DNA of 32,000 nucleotides. Origin: Candidatus Saganbacteria bacterium (GTDB lineage: Bacteria; Margulisbacteria; WOR-1; JAKLHX01). Positions 16,139 through 24,851 of this stretch are shown piece after piece; within the stretch, counting starts at the first letter, position 1, and each line of letters opens with the position of its first letter. Both the position numbers and the translations under genes were made by a program. The notes beneath the pieces are model-generated. The model was not told where the DNA came from. It saw only the letters and a list, made by a program, of their open reading frames with translations, and did not search any database. Location of the stretch: assembly GCA_026387835.1 (NCBI GenBank), contig JAPLKZ010000011.1, positions 1-32,000 of the forward strand, written 5' to 3'.

Positions 16139-18556
16139 ATGAAGTACGGCGATTTTTCAAAAGACGGGAAAGAGTACATCATAACGGATCCGGATACGCC
16201 GCGCCCGTGGGGCAGCTATCTGACTAATGAAAAATACTGCGCGGTCATATCACAGACAGCCGGAGGATATAGTTTTTACAAGGATTCAAAAACCGAAAGG
16301 ATGCTTTACTGGACCGGCCAGAACCTTCACCAGGGAAGACCTGGAAGATATGTGTTCATTCAGGATGAAGAGACAAATAAAACATTCAGCATTTCGTGGG
16401 AACCTCTGCGTACAAAATATGAAAAATTCGAATGTATAGTCGGGTTCGGCTACCAGACCATCAGATCAAGATCCAACGGAGTAGAAGGGGAGACCACATA
16501 TTTCGTGCCGGCTGACGAACCTTGCGAGATATGGAAGGTAAAGATAAAGAACGCCACAAAGAAAACAAAAAAGCTGAATCTTTTCGGTTATCTCGAATGG
16601 TTCATCGGAAGCGCGGATTACATCACCTTCTATAACATAGCGATACTCTGGAACAGGGTCCGTTTTGATAAAAAGGCAAAGGCGATATTCGCGAGAAAGA
16701 CAGCTTTTTATGAAGAGTTCAACATCAAGGACAATCCTTACACGCTTTTCTTTGCTTCTTCGGAAAAAGTCTCGAGCTGGGACTGCAACAAGCGGAAATT
16801 CTTGGGCGCGGGCAATACCTGCCAGCATCCCGAAGGAGTCTATAACGGAACATGCACGAACAGCATCTGTGACGGGGAAGAGCCTGTGGGAGTACTCCAT
16901 CACAGGGTCACGCTCAAACCCGGGCAGGAAAAAGAGATCGCCTTCATACTCGGCCAGACCGTAGGACAGAAAAATGCCGCCAGGATCATAAAAAAATACC
17001 GCGATAAAAAGACCGTTGAGAGGTCCCTCGAATCGACAAAAGTTTTCTGGGAAAAAAAGCTGGTTCCAGTGCAGGTTGATACTCCTGACAAAGATTTCAA
17101 TAATATAATGAACAACTGGATAAAATACCAGCTATGGATATGCAACATGTGGTCAAGGTCTCCTTCGTTCTATCATGAAGGACAGGGAGGAAGAGGGCTC
17201 CGCGATTCATGCCAGGACAGCGAATCCATCCTTTCGATAGATCCGCAGTACGCAAAAGCCAAGATGCTCAAGGTGGCTTCACTGACCCGGAGGGACGGGA
17301 CACTTGCGCCCGGATGGTCAGATACATACGGGCCTTATTCCAACAAGCCTTTCAAGGATCATCCCACGTGGCTTACTCCGTCGGTCGCGGCGTATGTCAA
17401 AGAGACCGGAGATATTGATATTCTCAATCAGGAAGTCCCATGGCTTAAGGACAAGTGGCGTGAGGGCGGTACCAAAACAGATATGGACTGGAAGGGCGGA
17501 GCCGTTGCCGACGGAGAAGGAACCCTTTTTGAGCATCTCCTGGCCCAGCTCACATTCACCTATAACGATGTGAGCGTCCACGGTATACCCAGAGTAGGGG
17601 AAGCTGACTGGAACGACGCGCTTGATATGGCGGGCCGCAAACAGATCGGGGAAAGCGTTTGGCTCGGCATAGCGCTTGTCCGAGCTCTAAAGATGCTTTC
17701 CGAGCTCGCGGGCCTGATAAAGAAAGAAGATATCGGTAAAGATCTTCAAGAAAAAGCGCGCGTGATGACAAAAAGGATCAATGAATCCGGCTGGGACGGG
17801 CAATGGTATCTTGCGGGTTATAACGATGAGATGATTCCTTTCGGGTCTTCAAAGAACAAGGAAGGAAAGATATTTTTAAATTCGCAGTCATGGGCAATAC
17901 TTGCGGATATCGTGCCTGAGGACAGGGTAAAAATAATGATGAAGGCTGTAGAAAAAGACCTTAGCGGTAAACACGGCTATGCACTGCTTGCTCCTGCATA
18001 TACGGTATTTGATCCAGGGCTTGGCAGGATAGCGATGTTCTCGCAGGGGACTAAGGAAAATGCCGCAGTGTTCTGCCACGCGCATACCTTCATGCTCGCG
18101 GCGCTCGCGAAGTTAGGGATGGGAGATAAACTTTATACAGAAATGTGCAAGATAATGCCGAGCAAACAGAAAAATATCGATCTGTACAAAGCCGAGCCTT
18201 ATGTTTATGCGGAATACCTTATCGGGCCAGGACACCCTTATGCTTATGGCGAGGGGGCTTACACATGGCTCACCGGGACAGCGGGCTGGACGTTCATGGT
18301 CGGAACGGAGTGGGTGCTTGGTGCACGAAGGGATTATCAGGGGCTTCGCATAGACCCGTGCATCCCTTCAAAGTGGAAAAAATGCAGCATCACAAGACCT
18401 TTCCGCGGTTCCGTCTACGAGATAAATATTGAAAACCCAAATGGTGTTGAACACGGGGTCGCTTCGGTCGAAGTCGACGGCAAGATCATCGAAGGCAACC
18501 TTATCAAACCTCACGGGGACGGCAAAATACATAAAGTAAAGGTTATAATGGGTTGA
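16139..18556 (+). CDS. GH94-family glycoside phosphorylase (specificity unknown), copy A
   Basis: MKYGDFSKDGKEYIITDPDTPRPWGSYL, GGYSFYKD, GGRGLRDSCQDSESI, PRVGEADWNDALDMAG, YAYGEGAYTWLTGTAGWTFMVGTEWVLG...DPCIPSKW: GH94 catalytic and C-terminal motifs. Confidence 0.87.
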   Translation: MKYGDFSKDGKEYIITDPDTPRPWGSYLTNEKYCAVISQTAGGYSFYKDSKTERMLYWTGQNLHQGRPGRYVFIQDEETNKTFSISWEPLRTKYEKFECIVGFGYQTIRSRSNGVEGETTYFVPADEPCEIWKVKIKNATKKTKKLNLFGYLEWFIGSADYITFYNIAILWNRVRFDKKAKAIFARKTAFYEEFNIKDNPYTLFFASSEKVSSWDCNKRKFLGAGNTCQHPEGVYNGTCTNSICDGEEPVGVLHHRVTLKPGQEKEIAFILGQTVGQKNAARIIKKYRDKKTVERSLESTKVFWEKKLVPVQVDTPDKDFNNIMNNWIKYQLWICNMWSRSPSFYHEGQGGRGLRDSCQDSESILSIDPQYAKAKMLKVASLTRRDGTLAPGWSDTYGPYSNKPFKDHPTWLTPSVAAYVKETGDIDILNQEVPWLKDKWREGGTKTDMDWKGGAVADGEGTLFEHLLAQLTFTYNDVSVHGIPRVGEADWNDALDMAGRKQIGESVWLGIALVRALKMLSELAGLIKKEDIGKDLQEKARVMTKRINESGWDGQWYLAGYNDEMIPFGSSKNKEGKIFLNSQSWAILADIVPEDRVKIMMKAVEKDLSGKHGYALLAPAYTVFDPGLGRIAMFSQGTKENAAVFCHAHTFMLAALAKLGMGDKLYTEMCKIMPSKQKNIDLYKAEPYVYAEYLIGPGHPYAYGEGAYTWLTGTAGWTFMVGTEWVLGARRDYQGLRIDPCIPSKWKKCSITRPFRGSVYEINIENPNGVEHGVASVEVDGKIIEGNLIKPHGDGKIHKVKVIMG

Positions 18557-18558
18557 AT

Positions 18559-20634
18559 ATGTTCCCATTCGGCGTAACATTTTATCCTGACCAGTGGCCG
18601 AAAGACTACTGGGAGACCGCATTTTCGCAGATAGCGGAAAGCGGTTTTAATATTGTCAGGTTCGGCGAGATGGCGTGGAACTGGATCGAGCCGCGGGAGG
18701 GCGAGTTCCATTTTGAAGAAATGGACGAAGCCCTGGACCTCGTCAATAAATACGGATTAAAAGTCCTGCTCGGCATCCCCACCTCGATGGCACCGACCTG
18801 GCTGGTAAGAAAATATCCCGAGACAAGGCCTGTTTCTAACGAAGGCACGCTGTATCCGGAATACGGGCCGAGGCCGAACATCTGCAGGGACAGTAAATTG
18901 TACAGAAAATTCGCGGAGAGGATGCTTCGCAAGCTGGTAGAAAGATACAAGGACCATCCAGCAGTAATGTACTGGCAGATAGACAACGAACCGGTATATC
19001 CTCCCCTTGATTCGACGACAAACCTTGATTTCTGCCATTGCCCGGAGACCAGGAATGATTTTGTCGAATGGGCAAAACAAAAATACGGCACTCTTGAACA
19101 GATCAACAGGTCCTGGGGGACAAAATTCTGGACGAACGAGTTCGGAGAAATGGACGATATAACCACTCCAAAAGCCGGTGTCTGGGACGCAGGGAACCCC
19201 CATATTTTTCTTGACTGGTTCAGGTTCAAGACCGATTCACTTCACAGTTTCTTAAGCTGGGAAAAAGGCATCGTGAAGGAATATGACAAGTCGAGGAAGA
19301 TCGGCACGAACGGCTTTTTGGGCATATCGTCCAGAGTCCCCGACCACGACACGATGGCCGAAGGTCTCGACTGGTACGGATGGGATATCTATCCGATGGG
19401 TGGGAGGAACACCCCCCAGCAGATCGCCGAGATGTCCGACTGGTGGAGAAGCCTTTCTTTAGGAAGGAACATGGAATTCCACGTAACGGAACTCCAGGGA
19501 GGGCCGAACGTCAGGTGGGGCTATCCGGGTTTCATAGAAGGACCGGAGATACGCGTATGGACGCATCAGGTAGTCGCTCACGGAGCGCAGGCGATACTTT
19601 ACCATCAGTGGCGTACTTCGGTATTCGGCGGAGAGACGGGAGGCTTTGGTATACTCAAGGCGGACGGCACAAGGACAAAACGCCTGGAAGAGATAGAAAA
19701 AGCGGGGGCAGAAATTAAAAAGATAATCCCGATACTTCACAGGCATAAACTGGACCCGAAAGCCGCCGTCGCATATTTAAGGTCATCCGATATACAGACA
19801 TACCAGGAGCAGGGACCTCCAAGAGCAATAACCGGCCAGTGGGAACAGGTTAGGGCGGAATTGGGGCATACCCACGGGCTTGACAGCTGCCAGGGGGCTT
19901 ACATGGTGTTATGGAACTACTACAATCCCGCGGCGTTCATATTTGAAAGGCATCTTGAAGACGGCAATCTTCCTTACGAGATCATTCTTCTGCCGAACCC
20001 CTATATCCTTAAGAAAAAATACGCGGAAGTCCTTTTATCCTATGTAGGAAACGGCGGAACGCTTGTGACAGAGGCGAGGTTCGGCGCTAAGAACGAGAAC
20101 GGAGGCCTGCACGAAAAGCCGATACTTGACGACTTTTTAAGTATCACCAGCCACCACATCGAAACGATAGACGACAGGATCTACATCCCGAAGATCCGCT
20201 CGTACGCGTACGGGTTCAGGGACCTTATCTCTGACGCGGAAGGGACTATTGTCAGGTACAAGGACGGGTATCCAGCTATTATCGAAAGAAGTGTCGGCAA
20301 AGGGAAAATACTCTACGCGACCTTCAGCCTTTTCATGAGCATCGGTAAAACGGGCAACGAGAGGCTTGCGGATTATGTGAGGGCGCAGCTCCCGCAGCCC
20401 GAATTTTTCTTAAAGGACAAGGACAGCATAGAAATGGTCCTCTGGGACGATCCCGAGACGCCGGTATTATATGTGATAAACCACGGGTCGGTCAAAGAAA
20501 AATTCGAAATAGATACGCCGGAACGCTTCACCAAAGCGGAAGACATCCTGAGCGGCGAAATATTTGAAATTGAAAAGGGAAAACTGCCACTTACATTTCA
20601 CGGGAGAGAGGTAATGGTCCTGCATCTATCATAG
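18559..20634 (+). CDS. GH42-family beta-galactosidase-like glycoside hydrolase
   Basis: FPFGVTFYPDQWPKDYWETAFSQIAESGFNIVRFGEMAWNWIEPREGEF, YWQIDNEP (acid/base), FHVTELQGGP (nucleophile region), ARFGAKNENG trimerisation-domain-like segment. ATG at 18559 preferred over TTG at 18553; starts within 3 nt of the copy A stop. Confidence 0.9.
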   Translation: MFPFGVTFYPDQWPKDYWETAFSQIAESGFNIVRFGEMAWNWIEPREGEFHFEEMDEALDLVNKYGLKVLLGIPTSMAPTWLVRKYPETRPVSNEGTLYPEYGPRPNICRDSKLYRKFAERMLRKLVERYKDHPAVMYWQIDNEPVYPPLDSTTNLDFCHCPETRNDFVEWAKQKYGTLEQINRSWGTKFWTNEFGEMDDITTPKAGVWDAGNPHIFLDWFRFKTDSLHSFLSWEKGIVKEYDKSRKIGTNGFLGISSRVPDHDTMAEGLDWYGWDIYPMGGRNTPQQIAEMSDWWRSLSLGRNMEFHVTELQGGPNVRWGYPGFIEGPEIRVWTHQVVAHGAQAILYHQWRTSVFGGETGGFGILKADGTRTKRLEEIEKAGAEIKKIIPILHRHKLDPKAAVAYLRSSDIQTYQEQGPPRAITGQWEQVRAELGHTHGLDSCQGAYMVLWNYYNPAAFIFERHLEDGNLPYEIILLPNPYILKKKYAEVLLSYVGNGGTLVTEARFGAKNENGGLHEKPILDDFLSITSHHIETIDDRIYIPKIRSYAYGFRDLISDAEGTIVRYKDGYPAIIERSVGKGKILYATFSLFMSIGKTGNERLADYVRAQLPQPEFFLKDKDSIEMVLWDDPETPVLYVINHGSVKEKFEIDTPERFTKAEDILSGEIFEIEKGKLPLTFHGREVMVLHLS

Positions 20635-20652
20635 ACCGGAAAGGAATATCAG

Positions 20653-23055
20653 ATGAAATACGGGTATTTTGACGGGCTAAGCAAAGAATATGTGATAACA
20701 AGGCCGGACACGCCGCTGCCCTGGATAAATTATCTGGGCTGCGAGGAATACTGCGCCCTGATGTCAAATACTGCGGGAGGGTACAGTTTTTTCAGGGACC
20801 CGAAAGAAAGAAGGCTTTTGCGATACAGATACAATAACATCCCTTATGACAGGGGAGGGAGATACCTATATGTAAGGGACAACAAAACAAATGAGTTCTG
20901 GTCAGCGACCTGGCAGCCGGTGCAAAAACCCACGGCAAAGATGTCCGTCAGTAACGATTCCGTGCTTTTCCCGGTGCAGGAGGGTAAAAAGGACGATTAT
21001 ATTTACGAATGCAGACACGGCCTGGGGTATACAAAGATAACGTCCAATTATAAAGGCATTCAGACAACCACGACATATTTTGTCCCGCTCGGAGAGAGCT
21101 GCGAAGTCTGGATGATGGAGATAAAGAACAACAGCCTCCAACCCAGGTCTTTAGGGGTATTTTCGTTCGTCGAGTTCTGCCTGTGGGACGCTTTGAACGA
21201 CATGACGGATTACCAGTACAACCTGAATATCGGAGAAACTAAAGTCACAGGTAATATGATCTATCATCTTTCAAGGTACAGGGTCGAAAAGAGCTATTTT
21301 GGTTATTTTTCGTGCAGCGAGGATATTGCGGGATTTGACACCCAGAGAGAGGATTTTCTGGGCAGATACGGAGATCTTTCCGCGCCGAGAGCTGTTGTCG
21401 AAAATAAATCCAACAATTCTATCGCATGCGGCTGGGCGCCTGTAGGGAGCCACAATATCCAGGTGAATCTAAAAAGCGGTGAGACAAAAACGATAATATT
21501 CGTGCTGGGCTACAGCGAGAAGGCCGGCGATGAGAAAAGGGTGGCCGCGAAGTTTTCAAACAGAGAAAATGTCGAAAAAGAATTAAAAAAGCTGGCGAAG
21601 CACTGGGAAGACAACCTGGACAAGCTCTGGGTCAAGACCCCGGATGAGGACGTGAACCTCATGGTAAATGTCTGGAACCAGTATCAGGTTAGGACCACGT
21701 TCAACTGGTCAAGGTCGGCATCTTACTATGAATCCGGCATCGGAAGAGGGATGGGATTCCGCGACAGCAACCAGGACACGATGGGATTTGTCTACCAGAT
21801 CCCGGAAAGGGTGAAGCAAAGGATAATCGACCTCGCCTCGACGCAGTTCGAGGACGGTGACGCGAACCACCAGTACAGCCCGCTCACAAAAAAAGGCAGC
21901 GGCAGGGGCTACAGCGACGACCATCTGTGGCTTGTCTATTCTGTTTCCGCGTATATTAAAGAAACGGGCGATGCAAAATTTCTCCTGCAGAAAGTTCCGT
22001 ATGAGACCGGTAAAAAAGATACGATTTACAAACACCTTGCAAAAGCAATTAATTATTCCCTTAAACATAAAGGCCCGCACGGACTGCCTCTCGCGGGATT
22101 TGCCGACTGGAACGACTGCCTTAACATGACAGGCCCTAAAAAGCAGGCTGAGTCTGTGATGGTCGGCCAGATGCTTGCCGGCGCGTGTGCCGAGATGAGC
22201 AGGATGGCTGTTCTGATAAGGAAAAGAACGGACTCAAAAAAATACAAAAAGCTTTTTGAAAAAGTGAAAAAGCAGATAAACAAGGTCGCGTGGGACGGCG
22301 AGTGGTATATCAGGGCTTTTGACGACAATAAAAAAGCCGTGGGCACAAAGAAGAACAAAGAAGGAAAGATATTCCTTGAAACTCAGGGATGGGCGGTACT
22401 CACCGGCGTCGCGGAAAAGGACAGGATGATAAAATGCCTTGACTCGGTAAAGAAACATCTTGCCACCAAGTACGGGATAATGATACTTCAGCCGTCATTC
22501 TCAAAGTTCTATCCGGAACTCGGGTCCATCTCCATCTATCCTCCCGGGCTAAAAGAGAACGGCGCGATATTCTGCCACCCGAACCCGTGGATAATAATAT
22601 CCGAGTGCATCGCCGGCAGGGGAGAGCAGGCATTTGAATATTACAAGGCGATCGCCCCTTCAGAGAAGAACAAAATGCCTGACACTCATAAGCTTGAGCC
22701 CTATGTTTACTGCCAGATGATAGCCGGGAAAGACCATAAGGATTTCGGAGAGGCAAAGAACGCCTGGCTTACGGGTTCCGCGGCGTGGAATTTTATGGCA
22801 ATTTCACAATGGATCCTGGGTATAATGGCGGATTATGAAGGGCTCACGATAGATCCCTGCATACCTTCGGTATGGGACGGATTTGAGGTAAAAAGGCATT
22901 TCAGGGGATGCGATTACTTGATAACCGTAAAAAATCCGGATCATGTATGTAAAGGAATAAGAGAAGTAAAAATGAACGGAAGAAAAATTAAAACCAATAT
23001 TCTCAAAGCTCCCAGAGGAGCAAAGCAGGTCAAGGTCGAAGTGGTGATGGGCTAA
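20653..23055 (+). CDS. GH94-family glycoside phosphorylase (cellobiose-phosphorylase-like motifs), copy B
   Basis: MKYGYFDGLSKEYVITRPDTPLPWINYLG, GIGRGMGFRDSNQDTMGFV, LPLAGFADWNDCLNMTG, AWLTGSAAWNFMAISQWILG...IDPCIPSVW. RBS AAGGA. Confidence 0.92.
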   Translation: MKYGYFDGLSKEYVITRPDTPLPWINYLGCEEYCALMSNTAGGYSFFRDPKERRLLRYRYNNIPYDRGGRYLYVRDNKTNEFWSATWQPVQKPTAKMSVSNDSVLFPVQEGKKDDYIYECRHGLGYTKITSNYKGIQTTTTYFVPLGESCEVWMMEIKNNSLQPRSLGVFSFVEFCLWDALNDMTDYQYNLNIGETKVTGNMIYHLSRYRVEKSYFGYFSCSEDIAGFDTQREDFLGRYGDLSAPRAVVENKSNNSIACGWAPVGSHNIQVNLKSGETKTIIFVLGYSEKAGDEKRVAAKFSNRENVEKELKKLAKHWEDNLDKLWVKTPDEDVNLMVNVWNQYQVRTTFNWSRSASYYESGIGRGMGFRDSNQDTMGFVYQIPERVKQRIIDLASTQFEDGDANHQYSPLTKKGSGRGYSDDHLWLVYSVSAYIKETGDAKFLLQKVPYETGKKDTIYKHLAKAINYSLKHKGPHGLPLAGFADWNDCLNMTGPKKQAESVMVGQMLAGACAEMSRMAVLIRKRTDSKKYKKLFEKVKKQINKVAWDGEWYIRAFDDNKKAVGTKKNKEGKIFLETQGWAVLTGVAEKDRMIKCLDSVKKHLATKYGIMILQPSFSKFYPELGSISIYPPGLKENGAIFCHPNPWIIISECIAGRGEQAFEYYKAIAPSEKNKMPDTHKLEPYVYCQMIAGKDHKDFGEAKNAWLTGSAAWNFMAISQWILGIMADYEGLTIDPCIPSVWDGFEVKRHFRGCDYLITVKNPDHVCKGIREVKMNGRKIKTNILKAPRGAKQVKVEVVMG

Positions 23056-23061
23056 AAAAGC

Positions 23062-24711
23062 CTACATTAACTTCGGGTCTATGAAATAACTTCCGCCCAT
23101 GTTAAAAACAGCCTCTGTGACTTTGCTGTCACCCGCTATCATGGCCGCGATCACGTTAGGGAACGTATTAGCCATGTGCCTAACAAAATCGTGATAGCTC
23201 ATCCTGTGAGAAACACCCAGAGGATGAAGACTAAGCTCCGGAGGAATATCATCCGAATGGGTATGCTGCAGAGATTTGACCCCAAGAAAAAAGCCGGACC
23301 TGGGCGCGAGCACGAATGCAGGCTTTAATCTCCCGGTCCATTCTGAACCGGCCCAGCTGTCGATACAGGCGCCGATCCTGGGCCCGAGCATTTTAATATC
23401 TATAGCAGCGTCAAGTTCCCCAAGACTGTCGGTAGCTTCTGCAAGCGCGGCCGTTGACATGACATAGAAAGTAGTATTGACCGAAGAAGGGTTCTGTTTT
23501 GTCGAGACCATGTCGGCAGGCAGTACCGTTCCCTCACAGAGAAATTGTCTTTCAGGGTTAGAGGTCTCACGGACGGCGCCGCCGCCGAGCTGGTTGTTTG
23601 AGTTCGGCGCGACAAATACCAGCATGTTGTACCCTTTGCCGAACAGATGTTTTGCCATGCCGATCACCGTGGGGTCCGCGCCGTAAAGGAATTCATCGCA
23701 ATTCCCGTACTGGAAATATTTGATGCCGGATTCAGACATAGCCTTATAGGCATTGTATAAGGAAAGCATCATTGAAAAATCACCGTGGCCGGTGGAAAAA
23801 AGCTTGTCCGTAAAGTCCAGCGTTCCCAGGAACATCCTGGATGAGCTTGGCTGGACGAACCCGAAAAGATTATCGATCTCCGGCTGCGACCATCCCGCAA
23901 GGTCCGTTTTAAGCCTGTCAGCAGTAAATCCCACGCTTTTTGAATTCAGCATGCAAAGCGTCAGCGCGGTCCTTTCCAATGTCCTTTGGGTCGCGGCAAA
24001 GTTGTCCATCATAAGACCGAGAAGTGTCCTGGGGCCGCTGTTGGTCTCTATCGGGTAAAGATATCTAGGCGGCAGGTCGCCTTCATTTACTCCGTTAAGC
24101 CCGCCGAGAGGCCTGATCCTGCCAACGATATCAGGGTGTTTGAGTACAAAATCAATTGCTCTTGATGATTCTCCTGCCGAAGGAAATCCCATGGCAACGG
24201 TAGAAAGCCGCGGGTTGACGGAATTGCTCTTTAGTTCTTCTATTCCGTCCCGCGTGAGACCGGCCAGCTCCTGCGCGCTGTGGGCCAGTATTTGTTTCGG
24301 TTCCCAGGTGTGGCCTTTTATCGGCGGAGTGTGGGGCGTCAGAGTAAAATAGCTTTCCGGGCCGAGGAATGCCAGGCTCCCTGCAGGCCGCCTTGATGAA
24401 GCCAGTACTATTGCTTTAAGTTCATCATGGCGGGTTGCCAGCACTCTCTGGGGCGTGTCTTCCATTGCGTCAAGACTCGGGATTACACTCTGCGCTTCCA
24501 TTTCCCTTATTCCGGGAAGCAGTTCCCTTGCGCTTGCATTCTGGTCGAACAATCCCGATATCAAAGCCCTCAGCATATCCGCCTTACCTGTATCGTTGAT
24601 CGGCTGCCTGAAGGTATGGTCCGCAGGCACCGCGCCTGCCCTTACATGCCCGCCAAAATTATGGATCTGGGCCTTGGGAGCGAATCTAACAATCTGTGCA
24701 GCAGCATTCAT
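23062..24711 (-). CDS. Divergent UDP-sugar pyrophosphorylase (UGP/UAP) superfamily-like protein with degenerate nucleotide-binding loop
   Basis: ELKAIVLASSRRPAGSLAFLGPES sits where LAGGxGTRLGxxGPK is expected. GHGDFSMMLSLYNAYKAMSESGIKYFQYGNCDEFLYGADPTVIGMAKHLFGKGYNM matches the GHGD...GIKYIxVxNVDNxxxxxDPxxLG region. By-eye alignment only. Confidence 0.55.
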   Translation of the reverse strand: MNAAAQIVRFAPKAQIHNFGGHVRAGAVPADHTFRQPINDTGKADMLRALISGLFDQNASARELLPGIREMEAQSVIPSLDAMEDTPQRVLATRHDELKAIVLASSRRPAGSLAFLGPESYFTLTPHTPPIKGHTWEPKQILAHSAQELAGLTRDGIEELKSNSVNPRLSTVAMGFPSAGESSRAIDFVLKHPDIVGRIRPLGGLNGVNEGDLPPRYLYPIETNSGPRTLLGLMMDNFAATQRTLERTALTLCMLNSKSVGFTADRLKTDLAGWSQPEIDNLFGFVQPSSSRMFLGTLDFTDKLFSTGHGDFSMMLSLYNAYKAMSESGIKYFQYGNCDEFLYGADPTVIGMAKHLFGKGYNMLVFVAPNSNNQLGGGAVRETSNPERQFLCEGTVLPADMVSTKQNPSSVNTTFYVMSTAALAEATDSLGELDAAIDIKMLGPRIGACIDSWAGSEWTGRLKPAFVLAPRSGFFLGVKSLQHTHSDDIPPELSLHPLGVSHRMSYHDFVRHMANTFPNVIAAMIAGDSKVTEAVFNMGGSYFIDPKLM

Positions 24712-24765
24712 CTTAAAGCCCTTTCTATATATATTGAGATCTACTTCATTTATATATCGGTACGT

Positions 24766-24777
24766 ATTTCATGAAAT
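24766..24777. promoter_or_regulatory. 12-bp perfect palindrome ATTTCATGAAAT in the leader of the UGP-like gene
   Basis: Direct reading of the intergenic region 24712-24851. Confidence 0.3.
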
Positions 24778-24851
24778 TTCATGGAAAATCAGGCTTTTTT
24801 GAAGATTTGGAAAGATGTCAGGCTTCTAAGTTATCAAAATAAGTGAGCCGA

